Program-made: the position numbers and the translations under genes
Shown: positions 30,910 to 32,000 of the stretch, one piece after another
Position numbering within the stretch: the stretch's first letter is position 1
Layout: the number at the start of each line of letters is the position of its first letter
IMG/VR virus record: IMGVR_UViG_3300011724_000029
Coordinates: 1-32,000 of that record
DNA: 32,000 nt
Direction: 5' to 3' (one strand)
Source: a virus
Notes under the pieces: model-generated
What the model was told of the DNA's origin: nothing
The model's input: the letters and a program-made list of their open reading frames with translations, nothing else
Databases searched by the model: none

Positions 30910-31856
30910 AATCCTGGTCCATCCATCGACGTTTGCTGTTGTTCTTGTGCCGGTTGTTGTGATACCTCCACGTACTCTGCTTCTTGTACAGGTGCATTTG
31001 ATACTTGCTGTTGTTCGATATATTGCGGTTCTGGTGTAATGTCGATAGGTTCACTGTTTGCATTTTCGTAAATTTCTGCTTGTATTGCGGCTTCTTCGCT
31101 TCTATTATCAGAACCATTGAAGTGATCCATAATTAAACTGCTATCATCAGATGAATTTAAGAATTTCTTACATGCACGATTAATGACCGTTTTCTTCGCC
31201 ATTTCTTGTTTGAATTCATCATGTGTAGAACCAGCCTTTTCTTTTTCCTCACCTTTGCCCCAGAACTGAGCTTTTGACCATGCTTTTCGTAATTCATCAA
31301 TTGTCATAAGTTCTGTGTAAATTTCGTTATTAGGCAATTCAATGATGCAATAAGCACCAATCAAATTTTCCTTTTTGATATTTCCGAATTTTTGCTTGTG
31401 AGTAAGATTAGTAATACGACCATTCTTCATCTCATAGTCCACTTCATCACCGTCATAAATAACAGCTGCATCGATATTTTTAGCGCCTGTCACACGTTTC
31501 GTAACAGCCATCGTACCAAAGTAAGAACGTTGGAAAGTTAGTTGCTTGCCATAAACAATGAAGTATCCTTGTTTTTTCATAGGGTTTAGACCTTGGACTA
31601 CCATGTCTAGAAGTGCATTAGCTACACTATCTTTTGTACACACTTCCAAAGCTGGTTTATATCCACTGTCCTTGCCTGTTTTTGTACTTTGAAGTATTAA
31701 CCATGCTGACTTCATTGCATTGTCAGGAGAGTAACCAGCAGGGAAATGTAATTCCCCACGGTCTTGAAATTCTTTTACTTTTGCTTGTACAGAATCAGCG
31801 ATACTTTTCTGTTTAACTGCCACCTGTTGCTGTTGTTGTGCTACTTGATTTGTCAT
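30906..31856 (-). CDS. recT: RecT-family single-strand annealing recombinase
   Basis: 'NPMKKQGYFIVYGKQLTFQRSYFGTMAVTKR' is the RecT core pattern. Gln-rich termini. Confidence 0.8.
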   Translation of the reverse strand: MTNQVAQQQQQVAVKQKSIADSVQAKVKEFQDRGELHFPAGYSPDNAMKSAWLILQSTKTGKDSGYKPALEVCTKDSVANALLDMVVQGLNPMKKQGYFIVYGKQLTFQRSYFGTMAVTKRVTGAKNIDAAVIYDGDEVDYEMKNGRITNLTHKQKFGNIKKENLIGAYCIIELPNNEIYTELMTIDELRKAWSKAQFWGKGEEKEKAGSTHDEFKQEMAKKTVINRACKKFLNSSDDSSLIMDHFNGSDNRSEEAAIQAEIYENANSEPIDITPEPQYIEQQQVSNAPVQEAEYVEVSQQPAQEQQQTSMDGPGF

Positions 31857-31859
31857 TAC

Positions 31860-32000
31860 TTAACACCCTCCTTTGTCACTTCTAAAAATCTAACTTTTGT
31901 TAATTCATTAAGCGCATCCCTTAAATGCAAAGCTTGTGAAATTGTTAGACGAAAATTTGGTGTATCTTCATGGAAAGGGAAAGCCATTTCGATTAATGGA
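31860..32000 (-). CDS. 3' end of an upstream early gene (partial, product unknown)
   Basis: Hand translation gives ...PLIEMAFPFHEDTPNFRLTISQALHLRDALNELTKVRFLEVTKEGVK with stop TAA at 31860..31862. The frame stays open to the window edge. Confidence 0.45.

Larger units (their letters stand above)
2559..32000 (-). mobile_element. Temperate siphovirus-type phage/prophage segment (recombination/replication -> late regulator -> packaging -> head -> tail -> lysis)
   Basis: Uninterrupted minus-strand gene train with recognisable RecT, replisome organizer, SSB, TerS/TerL, portal, MuF, scaffold, capsid, tail tube, frameshifted chaperone, tape measure, holins and endolysin. Many ATGA/TAATG translational couplings. 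No integrase, repressor or att site in the window, so the element ends are undefined. Confidence 0.9.

Noticed and set aside
30902-31117. 71-aa same-strand alternate-frame ORF inside recT, plus similar internal ORFs (4622..4831, 19108..19290, 19922..20170, 20366..20560, 8935..9123)
   Set aside because: They are embedded in well-supported genes in another frame, lack an RBS and have skewed Asn/Lys/Arg/His-rich composition typical of off-frame translation.
1-32000. Search for integrase, CI/Cro-type repressor, att core repeats, tRNA/rRNA genes and CRISPR arrays
   Set aside because: I could identify none by eye. The lysogeny module presumably lies beyond position 32000, so the prophage boundaries cannot be called from this window.

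Overview
Nearly the whole window is one temperate siphovirus-type (pro)phage of a low-GC Gram-positive, Bacillaceae-like host. The host guess rests on Cheo-type LexA boxes, strong GGAGG Shine-Dalgarno sites, frequent TTG/GTG starts, a PBSX-type terminase and a BhlA-type holin. The genes run right to left on the minus strand. The order is RecT, MBL-fold hydrolase, replisome organizer with internal iterons, DnaC-like loader, small early genes, YopX, SSB, dimeric dUTPase, DUF3310, YopX and an orphan C5 methyltransferase. Then come a sigma-like late regulator, TerS, TerL, portal, MuF, scaffold, capsid, connectors and tail tube. The train ends with a -1 frameshifted chaperone, tape measure, tail tip and receptor-binding genes, two holins and an M15 endolysin. 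No integrase, repressor or att site lies in the window, and I saw no tRNA, rRNA or CRISPR array. The accessory content is the interesting part. (1) At the left edge (1020..2533, plus strand) an AT-rich two-gene operon pairs a Panacea/DUF4065 antitoxin-type protein with a 359-aa coiled-coil plus 4-TM protein through an ATGA overlap. It is preceded by a perfect 25-bp palindrome and by an extended -10 promoter carrying a LexA box. I read this as a candidate SOS-wired PanAT-like toxin-antitoxin or abortive-infection module. (2) Several self-contained morons sit inside the late operon: a Pmp3/YqaE proteolipid gene in the tail module, an opposite-strand zinc-ribbon mini-gene in the head module, and an island upstream of terS holding a 2-TM protein and a small Sm-like protein. 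(3) A 600-bp ORF-poor region and a promoter-plus-terminator pair that predicts a roughly 70-nt plus-strand RNA flank the late regulator gene. (4) Capsid and scaffold both carry the ribosomal-protein-L27-type LxIQ(F/M)FA pro-sequence motif and no prohead protease gene is present, which suggests maturation by the host Prp protease. Every call comes from reading the sequence and ORF track by eye. Family assignments rest on remembered motifs and need HMM or BLAST confirmation.
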